A stretch of DNA of 63,574 nt, filler included, from Octopus bimaculoides (Eukaryota), in the NCBI RefSeq assembly GCF_001194135.2. It is 8 parts of 8 records of this genome, joined end to end, with 100 filler letters (N's around TTAATTAATTAA, not from the genome) between each part and the next. Parts side by side here need not be neighbours in the genome. Positions count along the whole stretch, not along the records: positions 42,173 to 56,086 come from NC_068995.1; positions 56,187 to 58,470 come from NC_068986.1; positions 58,571 to 60,471 come from NW_026383098.1; positions 60,572 to 62,226 come from NC_068984.1; positions 62,327 to 63,574 come from NW_026392136.1; 3 more parts are not named here. One strand, written 5' to 3'. Both the position numbers and the translations under genes were made by a program. How positions within the stretch are numbered: the first letter of the stretch is position 1; each line of letters starts with the position of its first letter. Below the pieces are notes generated by a model. The model made no database searches and was not told where the DNA came from. It saw only the letters and a list, made by a program, of their open reading frames with translations. Below, piece after piece: positions 51,263 to 63,540 of the stretch.

Positions 51263-53535
51263 CACTAGGAAACAAAAAAAGATTTATTGTCTGCTACTCA
51301 GACAAATGGTGCGTACTAAACTAAATCGAGTATGCTGATTCCGAATCTGAACTCAGAATTGCTGTAGCACGTCAGGATTTTGAGTTATGCGCATAATTAT
51401 ATATTAATACTATATTACAATCAGGAATAGTTAAGTTCAAGGTAAGTAATTATTATAATAGTATATTTGTAAATTTATGTTCAAAGCAAATAGTATTATA
51501 ATATAATGGTACATAGTATATTTATGCTAAGGGAATATTCACTTTATTTTTGATATATTCAGCTCAGAATGTTTGAGATACTTGCTCTTGCGCTTATGCA
51601 TCGAGCTGATCTCTCGTTGTAGGAAGCAGCAGTAGTCACCCATCATGTGTGGATTGGACCGGCCTTGATACCTCGTTTCCATCTCAGATATGTCCTGGTG
51701 GAAACTCTCACCATGCTCATTATTAAGGGCATCAAGATTCGTTGGAAAAAACTGAGATGAGAATGCAAGGAGTGCATTTTAAGGGACATTCGGCATCCCA
51801 TTCTTCCATACGTTGTTAGCATGTTGTTTATTAAACCAGCATAATTTTCAGCTCAATGATTTCCAAGAAAGTTCTGTACAACTAACGCGAATGAATCCCA
51901 TGCCTTCAGCTCAACTGGATTCAGTTTACCTCTGAATTTGCTATCAGATATCAATTCTCTGATCTCGGGTCCAATGAAAATGCTTGCTTTCAGTTTTGCG
52001 TCACTTTTCTCTGCACCAAATATTACTTTTAGGTACTGGAAGCCACAACCATCGTGTGTCATTGCTTTTACGAAGTTTTTCATGAGGCCGAGTTTGATGT
52101 GAAGGGGTGGAAGGAAGAGCTTTTGCAGGTCTGCCAGTGGCATATGCTGCACATTGTACCNNNNNNNNNNNNNNNNNNNNNNNNNNNNNNNNNNNNNNNN
52201 NNNNNNNNNNNNNNNNNNNNNNNNNNNNNNNNNNNNNNNNNNNNNNNCTTTCAGAAAGAGTTCCATCGATTCATAAGTTTCTTTCATACTGACAAAATGA
52301 CTCACAGGAATCGAAGGCTTTTCATGACCATTATGTGACAACACAGCTTTGAGGCTAACTTTTCTCGAGTCTATAAACAATTTCCATTCGTTAGCCACAT
52401 GCACGTGTCCTAGGTTTGCATGCGGACATTAACATCAGTACAGAAACAAGCATTATTTTCTTGCTTGAAAAAGAGAGATACGCTTTTATGGCAGGAACGG
52501 AAAATGGAAATTTTCGTACCTTGCTGTAGGAGATTCCGTTGTTGTAGTTTGGATCCCCAAACTTCTGCCCTCTCCTTTGACAATGTCAGGTCTCTTACTA
52601 AATCGTTCAAATCTTCTTGATTAAACTAGCCTGGATCATTTTGCTTAGAATCACCTACGTACTCTTCGTCGTTAGGAGAGTCAGGGGGCTTATCGTGCAA
52701 CATACCAAGATTTTCAAGTGAAGCATGTGAGAGGGGAACTGAGACAGGGTTCTTGAAGTCATGTTTTAGAGCCGACTTACAATTTGCATGCATAATTTTT
52801 GCTTTGGTCTTCTTTGAGAAACCATTAATATTAGTTATGCAAAAGTAACAAAGACATGATTGGTTGGCTCACGCCATACCATTGGTACAGCAAAAGGCAT
52901 TCCCTTTCATTTTCCATTCAGCCACTGTGTAAGCCCTGAATAACATACGGTGTAGCATATATGAAGCCCCCACCTCTTGTCCTGGTCCCCAACTATACAC
53001 CCGGAATAATATTTATAGGCAATTTTTAATTTGGTAACAATGTTCCTCCACTGGTCACGTGGAGCAAATTTTCCACAGACATAACAAAGGTTGTCTGGAT
53101 GATTCACACAGCTTCTCCTATTCATGATCTAACACAATGAACACAGTTAAAACAGTAATCACGGAGAGCGAGAGAGACAAATACCACACGTGACGGCAGC
53201 GCAAACGACACTGAGAGTTATCAAGAACAAACTGACGTATTTGGTATTGCACACAATACGCCAGCGTCAGCTATTGCTAGACTAAATAATGGTGGATAAA
53301 TAAAACAGATATGAAGGCATGTTTGAAAAAGTGTTTAAAATGCATACTGAAATAGCAATGTTTTGGGGAGTAAGATGCTCGTAGAAGTTTATGGTCATGA
53401 TACATCATTGTAAACGGCATTAAAAAGACAGGCATGTGTGGTTTTAGTTACATACTCCGGAACAAAACTATGATGTACGAAAGCAGCTGAAATATCAAGA
53501 ATACATATACGCAGAATTCTCTAGTTTTCCAGATG
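51263..53535 (-). mobile_element. Chapaev3-like (CMC) DNA transposon, near full length, inactivated
   Basis: CVNHPDNLCYVCG...GDQDKRW, NDLVRDLTLSKERAE, WKLFIDSRKVSLKAVL.HNG, LPPLHIKLGLMKNFVKAM, KMHSLHSHLSFF...EHGESFHQDI. Degenerate termini cactaggaaacaaaa / ttttccagatg. Confidence 0.85.
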
Positions 53536-54193
53536 GTTTGTATTACTAAAATCAACTTTAATACAGAAATTAAAAGATACATAAATTAGTTATGATTTTG
53601 GTAGTTTTACGGAAAATACTTTTTGTACAAATGGGTGAGCGACAACATTGTAAAAGTGAAAATAATACTTAAAGGGATAATAGACGAAGTAATATTTACG
53701 TGGCACTAAAACGCACTCAAAAAAAATCAAGGAACATGCAAACACACACGTAAACGCATATATATGAGTTTTCTGCCCACCCATGATGTATACAATATTA
53801 ATTCTAGCTATTGAATTTCAGTCACAATTAAACGCTTAATTATTGCCAAGGCCTTCCATAAAAAGGTGCCTATTCGCATTAATCCAAAGAAGATAAGTTT
53901 TATTTGCCAAGCTTTGTATTAATGGCAAACATCATAGGAGATAGTATTCATTACGGAAAGATGAATTAGTGCCTTTATGTCGGCGTGACTGACTTCTGCG
54001 GCATACATATTTTGTACGTTATATTCTTGCACACATACGCATACACACACACACACAAACACACAGACACACGCACGCACACACACACACACACACACAC
54101 ACTCACATACACACACACATGCACATACATACTCAAATATGTGTGTATATATACGTATATACGCTATATATATGTATATATACATATACAAAT

Positions 54194-54258
<65 letters not shown>

Positions 54259-54480
54259 TACATATATATATATATGCATATGCATAGATATACACACACA
54301 CATACATACATGCGTGTGTGTGTGTATAGATATATATGTGTGTATAAACAATTGCAGCGTGGAAGGTGTTTATAAGCCATTTAAAATAACACACAAAAAC
54401 CGTTAGATTCACTTCAACATTTAAATTTAATTTGTCAAAATATTTTCGTCGCTTTGAGACCACTAACAAAATGCAAAATT

Positions 54481-54638
54481 TTCTGTGCAGCACAGAAACC
54501 TTCTTCATCAATGGGATTCAAGCACTGCAGCATCGATGGAAGAAGTGTGTGAACTGCAAGTGGGGCCTATGTTGAAAACCACATTTGGTCACATTCCATG
54601 AGAGAATTTCGGTCACTCTTTTCAATCGACCCTCGTAT
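54481..54638 (+). mobile_element. Mariner 3'-end fragment with TIR
   Basis: FFINGIQALQHRWKKCV matches the C-terminus of the other two copies. It ends ...aatcgaccctcgTA. Confidence 0.85.
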
Positions 54639-54689
54639 TCCTTGTATGACTAACCTCAAAAGTCACCGCACGCCACTGATATATACATA

Positions 54690-54727
54690 GGCGCAGGAGT
54701 GGCTATGTGGTAACTAGCTTGCTTACC
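54690..54727 (+). mobile_element. SINE family A head (5' piece of an interrupted SINE)
   Basis: ggcgcaggagtggctatgtggtaactagcttgcttacc. It resumes at 55933. Confidence 0.92.
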
Positions 54728-55932
54728 TGGCTTCCGGTTACCCAGAGTGTATTTCGTTTGTCGTTTGTGTGAGTCGGACGTTAATTTTTTTTTTTGCTAC
54801 TTTGAGGTAGAGATGATGTACTCAGCCCTTGAAGAAAATGAAGAGTTTCGCCGAGGCTGCGGAGGTGAAGAGAAGAGAAGTATACCTGATAAGAATGAAG
54901 AAGCATACAAAAATGGTGCAGAAAGTGGGCGGCAACATGACGTTATCACCCCCACAAAGAATCATGGATGGTATAAAAAGAACAGTCGTATACAAAGTTT
55001 ACTCGATAAAGAGTAGGAAGGTCAACCAAATAGAAATAGAGAAAATAGAAAAGGCAGTAAAGGAGGAATCCAACGGAGTAATATACATGACAAGAGGATG
55101 TCAATATGGGACAATGGTAGTCCAGTTTAGAACAGAGGAGGCAAGGAGGCTGGCCGGTAAAACAGTAAAGATGGAGGAAATGGTCCTTTTACCCACGTAT
55201 CTTGGAAGAAGGACTTCCAAGATAAGGGTAGAAGGAATCCCGCCTGATATAAGTGTGGCTTGGGTTGCAGCAGCCGTCCTCATTGGAAGTGAGAAGGAAG
55301 TGGCTGTCCTCCAGGCCACGGGAACCGAAGAAGGAAGATTTAAAGGGAACTTACCATTCAGACCGAGGAAAACAATTGGAAATTTTGGCAGAGACAGTAT
55401 CGTTAGGCGAGATAGTTCTCATAGTGTGGGTGGAGGGCAGAATCCCACGTTGCTTTAATTGTGGCCAAAAGGGCCACATTAGAGCGTACTGCCCTCTACA
55501 GAGGAAAACGACAGAAGAAGCGGTGGTGTAGACGGAGGAGAAAAAGGAAGAAGTACAGATATATGGAAGGAACAAGGAGGATGAATGGAGTAACAGAGAA
55601 TAAAAGGAAAAAGAGAAAGAAGAGGAAGAACAGTCAGTATGATGTAGGACCCTAGACCGACTCCATCCCACCCACCCTCTCTCCCCACAGGAAAAAAAGA
55701 AGAAAGAACAGATACCATAAACTTTACAAGACGGTGAAAAAGGTTACGTATATATGGAGGAGAGAGTATTGTCACTCAGCGATGGGGAAAAAGGAAAGAC
55801 TAGATTAAAGACTAAGGAGGACTTAGGACTCAGAGGTGGCGAGTGGTGTTACTCACTGTAGGGTGAGTAACACACTTTTCATATTCTCATTTCTCTATGT
55901 AATGCCTTTATGGCAATTTAAAAGAAATAAAG
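54728..55932 (+). mobile_element. L1/Tx1-like non-LTR element, ORF1-only (internally deleted), inserted in a SINE
   Basis: 13-bp TSD tagcttgcttacc (54715-54727 and 55933-55945). ORF1 with RRM-like KIRVEGIPPDIS and CCHC knuckle CFNCGQKGHIRAYC. 3' hairpin at 55846-55873 and AATAAA at 55926-55931. Confidence 0.85.
54829..55531 (+). pseudogene. Retrotransposon ORF1 (gag-like nucleic-acid-binding protein), frameshifted
   Basis: The 209-aa ORF 54829-55458 and the overlapping frame 55253-55531 join into ...VLIVWVEGRIPRCFNCGQKGHIRAYCP, an ORF1-type zinc knuckle. Confidence 0.82.
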
Positions 55933-56070
55933 TAGCTTGCTTACCAACCACATAGTTCCGGGTTCAGTCCCACTGCGTGGCACCTTGGGCAAGAGTCTTG
56001 TACTATAGCCTCGGGCCGACCGAAGCCTTGTGAGTGGATATGGTAGACGGAAACTGAAAGAAGCCCATCA
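55933..56070 (+). mobile_element. SINE family A, continuation after the insertion
   Basis: tagcttgcttaccaaccacatagttccgggttcagtcccactgcgtggcaccttgggcaag...gacggaaactgaaagaagccc. Confidence 0.93.
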
Positions 56071-56186
56071 TATATATATATATATANNNNNNNNNNNNNN
56101 NNNNNNNNNNNNNNNNNNNNNNNNNNNNNNTTAATTAATTAANNNNNNNNNNNNNNNNNNNNNNNNNNNNNNNNNNNNNNNNNNNN

Positions 56187-56490
56187 CATATATACATACA
56201 TACATACATGCATACATACATACATACATGCATACATTCATGCATACATACATACATACATACATACATACATACATGCATACATTCATGCATACATACA
56301 TGCATACATACATACATACATGCATACATTCATGCATACATACATACATACATACATGCATACATTCATGCATACATACATACATACATACATACATACA
56401 TACATACATGCATACATTCATGCATACATGCATGCATACATACATACATACATACATACATACATGCATGCATACATACATACATATAAG
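56187..56490. repeat. (ATAC)n tract with recurring ATGC/ATTC variants (higher-order pattern catgcatacattcatgcatac)
   Basis: Direct reading. Confidence 0.93.
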
Positions 56491-56610
56491 AATACCCTGT
56501 TGTTGATGTTGAAATTTCAATGAAGGAGCCTAGGATCTAGGTTAGAAACCGGATCTTTGCCTATCGGCAACAAATCTTGAAATAAACTGAATAATTACAT
56601 ACATACATAT
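56490..56610 (+). repeat. (ATAC)n-flanked dispersed module, copy 2
   Basis: Homologous to 32745-32885. Confidence 0.8.
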
Positions 56611-57014
56611 GTTGTTTGCCATTCAGCTTTGCAATAAGTTCCAAGTCGACAAATTATATCATTGTTTTGATGAAAATTGTTCATTGCTTGAAAAATATTG
56701 TTCAAGTTTAATAAAATTTATTATTTATTAACTGTATGAAGTGTCATTGTTGGGCCGAGGGGCCAATGAAGAGCCCTCTATAGGAGCTAGCTTAAAAGGC
56801 GCCCGATAGTGAAGAACTCCAAGTATACTTTTGGCAGGATCCAAGGTTATGGTTCACCACCATTCTATGTTGTAAATCTGTGGTTGGGCTCTAGACAAAC
56901 TGGTTTTCACAGCGATGTGTAAGACAATTTATAGATAACGGGCGTTACATATTTTTCCTTTATTGGAGCAAATTTGGCTTACAGTTGTTTCCAGTAGTCA
57001 TTATAGGTACATAG

Positions 57015-57156
57015 TTTACGTCTACCAAATCCACTGACAAGGCTTTGGTCGGCCCAGTGCTATAGTAGAAGGCACTTACTTGCCCAAGGAACCACGCAAT
57101 GATACTGAACGCGGGACCATGTGGTTGAGAAGCGAGATTCTTACCACACAGCCACT
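57015..57156 (-). mobile_element. SINE family A, 5' half
   Basis: Reverse complement agtggctgtgtggtaagaatctcgcttctcaaccacatggtcccgcgttcag...gaccaaagccttgtcagtggatttggtagacg. Confidence 0.88.
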
Positions 57157-57966
57157 ATCATAGCATTAACTGAAATACAAGCTCTAGCTGTGATGCAAAT
57201 ACAAATGAAAGTGATAGACATCATAATAAACGACTGAAAAAATTCTACAGAGACTCGCTGTCGCAACATTGAAGTACTCGATGACGTCAGGTGACCTGCG
57301 AAACTGTAACGTAACATCTGACCTATTGTTAATAATTATAAAATTAGAAATTGAAGTCTAATCAAATGAAAAAATATTAGAGAATTTCTTTAAAAACCTG
57401 TAAAAAAAGTTTTGCTTGGCTCGGTGTCTGCTGCTTCCAGCTCCACCAGACATACAAACGCTGTGTAGTTTACTCCGGTGTTTAAAATCTTCAAACCAAA
57501 CCTGCTAGCTATGAATAACTTCTGAATCTTTATCTCTCGCTTCTTCGACTTATGTCTGAAAATGCTCCTTGCTTTTACCATAAAGATAACTGGCTTTAAT
57601 GGCTACTAGTGTAGTATTTCGTCATATGGCAAGCATATCTTCCATTTTTTCTATATAGCAAGCATATCTTTCATTTTTCCCAAAAATTTACTCCTTCAAC
57701 GGCTTAGCCACGTTACTGATAACAACAACAACGAGTCGTCAAGGCAGAAGCTTTTCTTTTTCTCTGCAATTCTCGTGTTGGTTCTAATCGTTGATGCGAC
57801 ACCGTTTAAAGACACAAGCACCGACACCTGATGTAACCGAACCACCAATCTCATAATCGCTTTACAGCTTTACATATCCTGTACGATGGTTGTTCCTTGG
57901 AACCTTATATGAACTTTCAGAACTTGGAAATTGAAGGCTCCTTTCCTTTCATGATGGGTAACAGGA

Positions 57967-58014
<48 letters not shown>

Positions 58015-58430
58015 AAAGGAAAGGAAAGGAAAAAAGAAAAAGAAAAGAAAAAACTGCGTAAACATTTTGGGTGCTTATTGGGGTAGGGAAAGAATTTCTC
58101 ATATGAGAGCATTCAATAGTGATGATGATGATGATGATGATGGTGATGTTGATGTTGATGTTGATGATGATGGTGATGATGTTGATGATGTTGATGATGA
58201 TGATGGTGGTGATAATGGCAATAATGGTGATGATGGCTTCGTAATGCACCCGTAAATATGGTCGTGTACACGTACCAGCGTGAACACACGTTATTGGAAT
58301 TTGGTAATAACCCGAGTGTGCGTTTACGTGTGTGCTTGTGTGCGTGCGAGAGAGAGAGAGAAGGAAAGAAAGAATATGCGTCCGTATATCTATGTGGCTG
58401 TGTGTGTATGTGTGCGTATATATACGTATG

Positions 58431-58470
<40 letters not shown>

Positions 58471-58617
58471 NNNNNNNNNNNNNNNNNNNNNNNNNNNNNN
58501 NNNNNNNNNNNNNNTTAATTAATTAANNNNNNNNNNNNNNNNNNNNNNNNNNNNNNNNNNNNNNNNNNNNATATGTATGTATGTATATATGTATGTATGT
58601 ATATATGTATGTATGTA

Positions 58618-58785
58618 TTTGCCCTCTTTATCACTTCAGAACCGATGTTGTTCTATTTAGTGAGACCGAGAGAATAAATATCAGATTTTAATAAATAAAT
58701 AAATAAACTGGGTTCGAAATCCTTCATTCCGAGGCCACAGCATGGCCGGTGTCCAATGACTGAAACAAGTGAGAGATAAAAGAGA
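58618..58785 (+). mobile_element. SINE family A, degenerate 3' half
   Basis: cagcatggccggtgtccaatgactgaaacaagtgagagataaaagag tail. Confidence 0.65.
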
Positions 58786-59029
58786 TAATTTTATTTTTTT
58801 AAAATGAAATAATTATAACTGTGCCGGTAGAAATCGAACCTGCGACAGCATGATAAGCGAGTGATGCAACAAAGTCTGTGTTACAGCAGCAGCTAATAGC
58901 GTGTAAACAACGTCTGTTGTATATATTTGGCTTTGAGCCTGATTAACGGATAAGATAATAAACACAAAGGAGATATCATCATCCACGGTTTATCGGCCAA
59001 CACCACATAGATGTGAGATATAAGATATA

Positions 59030-59062
59030 AGATAGACAGATAGATAGATAGATAGATAGATG

Positions 59063-59103
<41 letters not shown>

Positions 59104-59164
59104 AGAAAGAAAGAGAGAGGTAGGGATAGAATGAGAGAGAAATAGGCAGATAGATAGAAAGAGT

Positions 59165-59219
<55 letters not shown>

Positions 59220-59412
59220 AGAGAGAGACAGAGAGACAGAGAGACAGAGAGAAGACAGACAGAGAAAGAGAGACAGAGAGAGAGAGAGACAGAGAGAGAC
59301 AGAGAGAGAGAGGCGGAGAGAGATAGAGAGAGTGGATACATACATATACATGGAGTGAGTGAGAGGCAGCAATATACATAGAGAGATAAATATATATATA
59401 TATATATATATA
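59030..59412. repeat. Compound (GATA)n/(AT)n/(GA)n/(GACA) microsatellite
   Basis: Direct reading. Confidence 0.93.
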
Positions 59413-60275
59413 NNNNNNNNNNNNNNNNNNNNNNNNNNNNNNNNNNNNNNNNNNNNNNNNNNNNNNNNNNNNNNNNNNNNNNNNNNNNNNNNNNNNNNNN
59501 NNNNNNNNNNNNNNNNNNNNNNNNNNNNNNNNNNNNNNNNNNNNNNNNNNNNNNNNNNNNNNNNNNNNNNNNNNNNNNNNNNNNNNNNNNNNNNNNNNNN
59601 NNNNNNNNNNNNNNNNNNNNNNNNNNNNNNNNNNNNNNNNNNNNNNNNNNNNNNNNNNNNNNNNNNNNNNNNNNNNNNNNNNNNNNNNNNNNNNNNNNNN
59701 NNNNNNNNNNNNNNNNNNNNNNNNNNNNNNNNNNNNNNNNNNNNNNNNNNNNNNNNNNNNNNNNNNNNNNNNNNNNNNNNNNNNNNNNNNNNNNNNNNNN
59801 NNNNNNNNNNNNNNNNNNNNNNNNNNNNNNNNNNNNNNNNNNNNNNNNNNNNNNNNNNNNNNNNNNNNNNNNNNNNNNNNNNNNNNNNNNNNNNNNNNNN
59901 NNNNNNNNNNNNNNNNNNNNNNNNNNNNNNNNNNNNNNNNNNNNNNNNNNNNNNNNNNNNNNNNNNNNNNNNNNNNNNNNNNNNNNNNNNNNNNNNNNNN
60001 NNNNNNNNNNNNNNNNNNNNNNNNNNNNNNNNNNNNNNNNNNNNNNNNNNNNNNNNNNNNNNNNNNNNNNNNNNNNNNNNNNNNNNNNNNNNNNNNNNNN
60101 NNNNNNNGGTGGGTATTCATATAACTGTGTGTGTGTAGTTAAATACCGATGAACAGTAAGTGAAACGCGGGTTACACACATACACAGATTCACGCACACA
60201 TACACATACACACATATACAACACGGAAGTACATGTATATGTCTGCCCGCGTATACACACATGCATACTTATACA

Positions 60276-60342
<67 letters not shown>

Positions 60343-60415
60343 CTGTATGTACAGTTATATGCATATGTACATATAGGCAACACTCACAATCGCACACATT
60401 CACACATCGGCATAA

Positions 60416-60452
<37 letters not shown>

Positions 60453-60604
60453 TGACCGTGTGTGTGTTTGTNNNNNNNNNNNNNNNNNNNNNNNNNNNNN
60501 NNNNNNNNNNNNNNNTTAATTAATTAANNNNNNNNNNNNNNNNNNNNNNNNNNNNNNNNNNNNNNNNNNNNTATATATATATAAACATGCATGTATGTAT
60601 GTAC

Positions 60605-60990
60605 TGCTTAAGTTCGCTGTGAAAAATACTGGCTTGCGTCCAACTGCGTGCCAACTTTTGAAAGTGTCTTCGGCTCTAGCCCCGGCTGAATGCATTGTGC
60701 TTGAATTTGCTTGATGGAAACTGACTGCAAACCTGTCTTGCAGATATGTATTTGTATATTTGTGTATATTCATGTGTTGCGAGAGTCTGTGTCCGTCTGT
60801 ATTTAATCTATGTGTGCACGTTCTTCTCTTATGCTTACGGCGTACCGCTTGATGACTAGTACTACTTTGATTACATTCTCTTGCATATCTGTTCGGTCGA
60901 GGAGGCGACCAAAGTATAGACTAGACCTAATACGCCTGGTTTGAACGAATGAAACCTGGTAAGTGGGGCCCGAGACTGACTGCAGTCCAA
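60605..60990 (+). mobile_element. SINE family A-like, highly degenerate
   Basis: aagttcgctgtg...aaagtgtcttcggctctagccccgg...atggaaactgactgcaaacctgtc, followed by ccgcttgatgac...gactgactgcagtccaatagcggaaac. Confidence 0.5.
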
Positions 60991-61557
60991 TAGCGGAAAC
61001 TGGTAGCGTATACGCATCAATATATAAACCACCGGGCAGTTTAACGACCAGATTATTTGAAATATTAAATTACTCTTTTAAAACTTCATCAACAAGTTAT
61101 TATCTAAAATTATGTAAAGTATCTTAGTTCAAAACTGAAGAAACACGGTTGGAACTTTTGAAGAGGTAATCGCGCGCAGCATACGGAACACTCTTTTCAT
61201 GAATCACTTTTGTAACCTTTATACTGAGTAAAAGAGAAAGATGAAATATTTATACTTTTTGTTTTCTGTTCTATTTGTTTTACTAAACAAAAATATAAAT
61301 AAATCACACACACAAACACACAAGCACGCACCCGCACACACATGTACACATATATGCATTCAAACTAGTTTCGGGCCAATGCCGCAGAGCGTTCTCTCAA
61401 GGTCTCGTATCCTTCTTGTTTGTTATCGGCTATCAACAGTTAGACCCATCTTCCACTGTTATCTCTATAGGTTGGTTTTACATGTAGTCCTCATTTCAGC
61501 TGAGGGTAAATATAATAATAAAGAAAACTATAACGAAAATTTCCACAACCCGATCTG

Positions 61558-61745
61558 TCAGAATCATTAGCATGCCGGACGAAGTGTTTAGCGGTCTTTC
61601 GTCTTTACGTTCTGGGATCAACTACGGCTGAGATCGATTTGGTGTTCAACATTTCGGTGTCGATAAATTAATTACTAGTTAAATACTGGGGTCGTTACGA
61701 TCGAATTACCCCTCTCCCCAAATTTTAGGCCTTGTGCCCCTAACA
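61558..61745 (+). mobile_element. SINE family B
   Basis: gtcagaatcattagcatgccggacgaagtgtttagcgg...tactggggtcg...ttttaggccttgtgccc. Confidence 0.82.
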
Positions 61746-62094
61746 GAAATGATTATATGCTAGCATACATATATACATATTTATACATATATATGAAATC
61801 TACGTGTGAATTCATCGATGATTAGAAACCCCTTCACATACATATTCTATATATATTTCTCCCTCTATTTCTTCACCACTCTCTTATTCTTGCAGTGATA
61901 GTCTAGTTTTTTTTTTCTTTTTCTTCATAGCACTATTCATCACTCTGTGTGTGTGTATATATATATGTATGTATATACTTTTGTGAATAGAATTCATTCT
62001 CTAACGATGCATTTATTCTTTCACAACATATTTAGATGTGTAATTATTTCTTGATCTTTACTTTATCAAAATAGATTTAATTGATATCTATATA

Positions 62095-62226
<132 letters not shown>

Positions 62227-62499
62227 NNNNNNNNNNNNNNNNNNNNNNNNNNNNNNNNNNNNNNNNNNNNTTAATTAATTAANNNNNNNNNNNNNNNNNN
62301 NNNNNNNNNNNNNNNNNNNNNNNNNNTTTGAATGAGAGAAGTTAAAACAAGAAAATTACGGAAAGGGAGGAAACAAAATACCCACTTAAAATTTTCTTTC
62401 ATTCTTTCTATCTATATTTCTTTCTTTCTTTATTTATTTATTTATTTGCAACATCGTTATATACGCTGCTCAAAACATACACGTTCGATTAAATTGAGC

Positions 62500-62590
62500 C
62501 ATTTGACGCATAGCCTATTGGTTAGAGTGTTGCACTCACGATCATAAGATTGTAAGTTCAATTCCCGGACCGGGCAGTGCGTTGTGTGTC
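62500..62590 (+). mobile_element. SINE family C head
   Basis: gcatagcctattggttagagtgttgcactcacgatcataagattgtaagttcaattcccggaccgggcagtgcgttgtgt. Confidence 0.75.
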
Positions 62591-62629
62591 ATGTGTCTTG
62601 CATGTGCAACTTGATGGAATTGGAAAGAC

Positions 62630-63030
62630 AAAGACACATGCAACACTTTATCCACCATATGCAGTTCTGCAACAGTCTTCAGGGTTAAATCTTGGTTCGC
62701 TTGCTCAATTTTTGAAAGAGCTTTTGCCCATACTTCTGTATCTTCGTTTGCTGTAAGGCCTTGTACACAAAAATTAGGCACTTAAAGAACTTACTCCTGA
62801 GATGCTTTAATTTTAAAAATTTCATACATTCTGTGGACTGTTTCTGCATACGTAATGAAGTCATCATCCTCTTTTTTTAGTACAATTCCAACACTCCGTT
62901 TGAGTGTTAGATAGAGAAGTTTTATCACCAAACGTGTTAGACACCTGGCCTTGCTAGTTACAGTCAAACCGTCCAACTCATGCCACGTTGGAAAATGGAC
63001 GTTAAATGCTGCTGGTTGTGCCATGGTAAT
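62630..63030 (-). mobile_element. Ty3/Gypsy LTR-retrotransposon gag remnant
   Basis: Frameshifted FGDKTSL...KKEDDDFITYAETVHRMYE.FK...FKCLIF(V)QGLTANEDTEVWAKALSKIEQ...LTLKTVAE resembles invertebrate Gypsy (K02A2.6-like) gag. Confidence 0.65.
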
Positions 63031-63353
63031 AACCTGGTGTTAGGACTCAACATATATATATTCTCCAGACTGAAGTGTCAGTCGAGTACAGAGTAGTAAT
63101 AAGAAATTAGAATGGCAAAAGAATAAAACAATTGTTTTATGAAATCCATTAGCTAACAGCTGTTTCTGCTATAGGATGCAATACACACTTAATTGAATGC
63201 TTCAATATCACCCTGTAGCTTCATTGGAGCTTCGAACATGCAGTATTCTATTCGTTTGTCATTCTGACTTCTTATATATCATCTCCTCCAAAGCCCCTTC
63301 CCCTCTCAAAGGATTTTTGTCTTGCAAATTACTTGGTAACCCTGCCAATGCTA

Positions 63354-63540
63354 ATGCCATGTAAAGAACATCCAGCCCATACAGTAAAGTGGTTGGCATT
63401 TGAAAGGGCATCCAGTTGTAAAAGCCATGCCAAAACTGACCTTGCCTTTGCTTGTGCCATGTAAAAAGCACTCAGTCCACTCTGTGGGGTGGTTGGTGTT
63501 CGGAAGGGCATTCAGCCGTAAAAACCATGCCAAATTAGAC
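63354..63540 (+). repeat. Two diverged 100-bp tandem units of an interspersed repeat (GGAAGGGCATCCAGCCGTAAAA motif)
   Basis: tgccatgtaaa at 63355 and 63455, each followed by gtggttgg...aagggcat.cag..gtaaaa.ccatgccaaa. Confidence 0.75.

Noticed and set aside
56515-56570. Hammerhead-like layout (CAATGA...hairpin...GAAAC) in the ATAC-flanked module
   Set aside because: Both copies have C/TCAATGA rather than CTGANGA, and the stem II closing pair does not form.
56826-56860. VYFWQDPRLWF, resembling the Cys-loop receptor W.D.RL motif
   Set aside because: The spacing is wrong, the frame closes within a few codons, and there is no donor.
57274-57320. ctcgatgacgtcaggtgacctgcgaaac, hammerhead-like
   Set aside because: There is an extra base in the core, stem II competes with G12, and no stem I partner was found.
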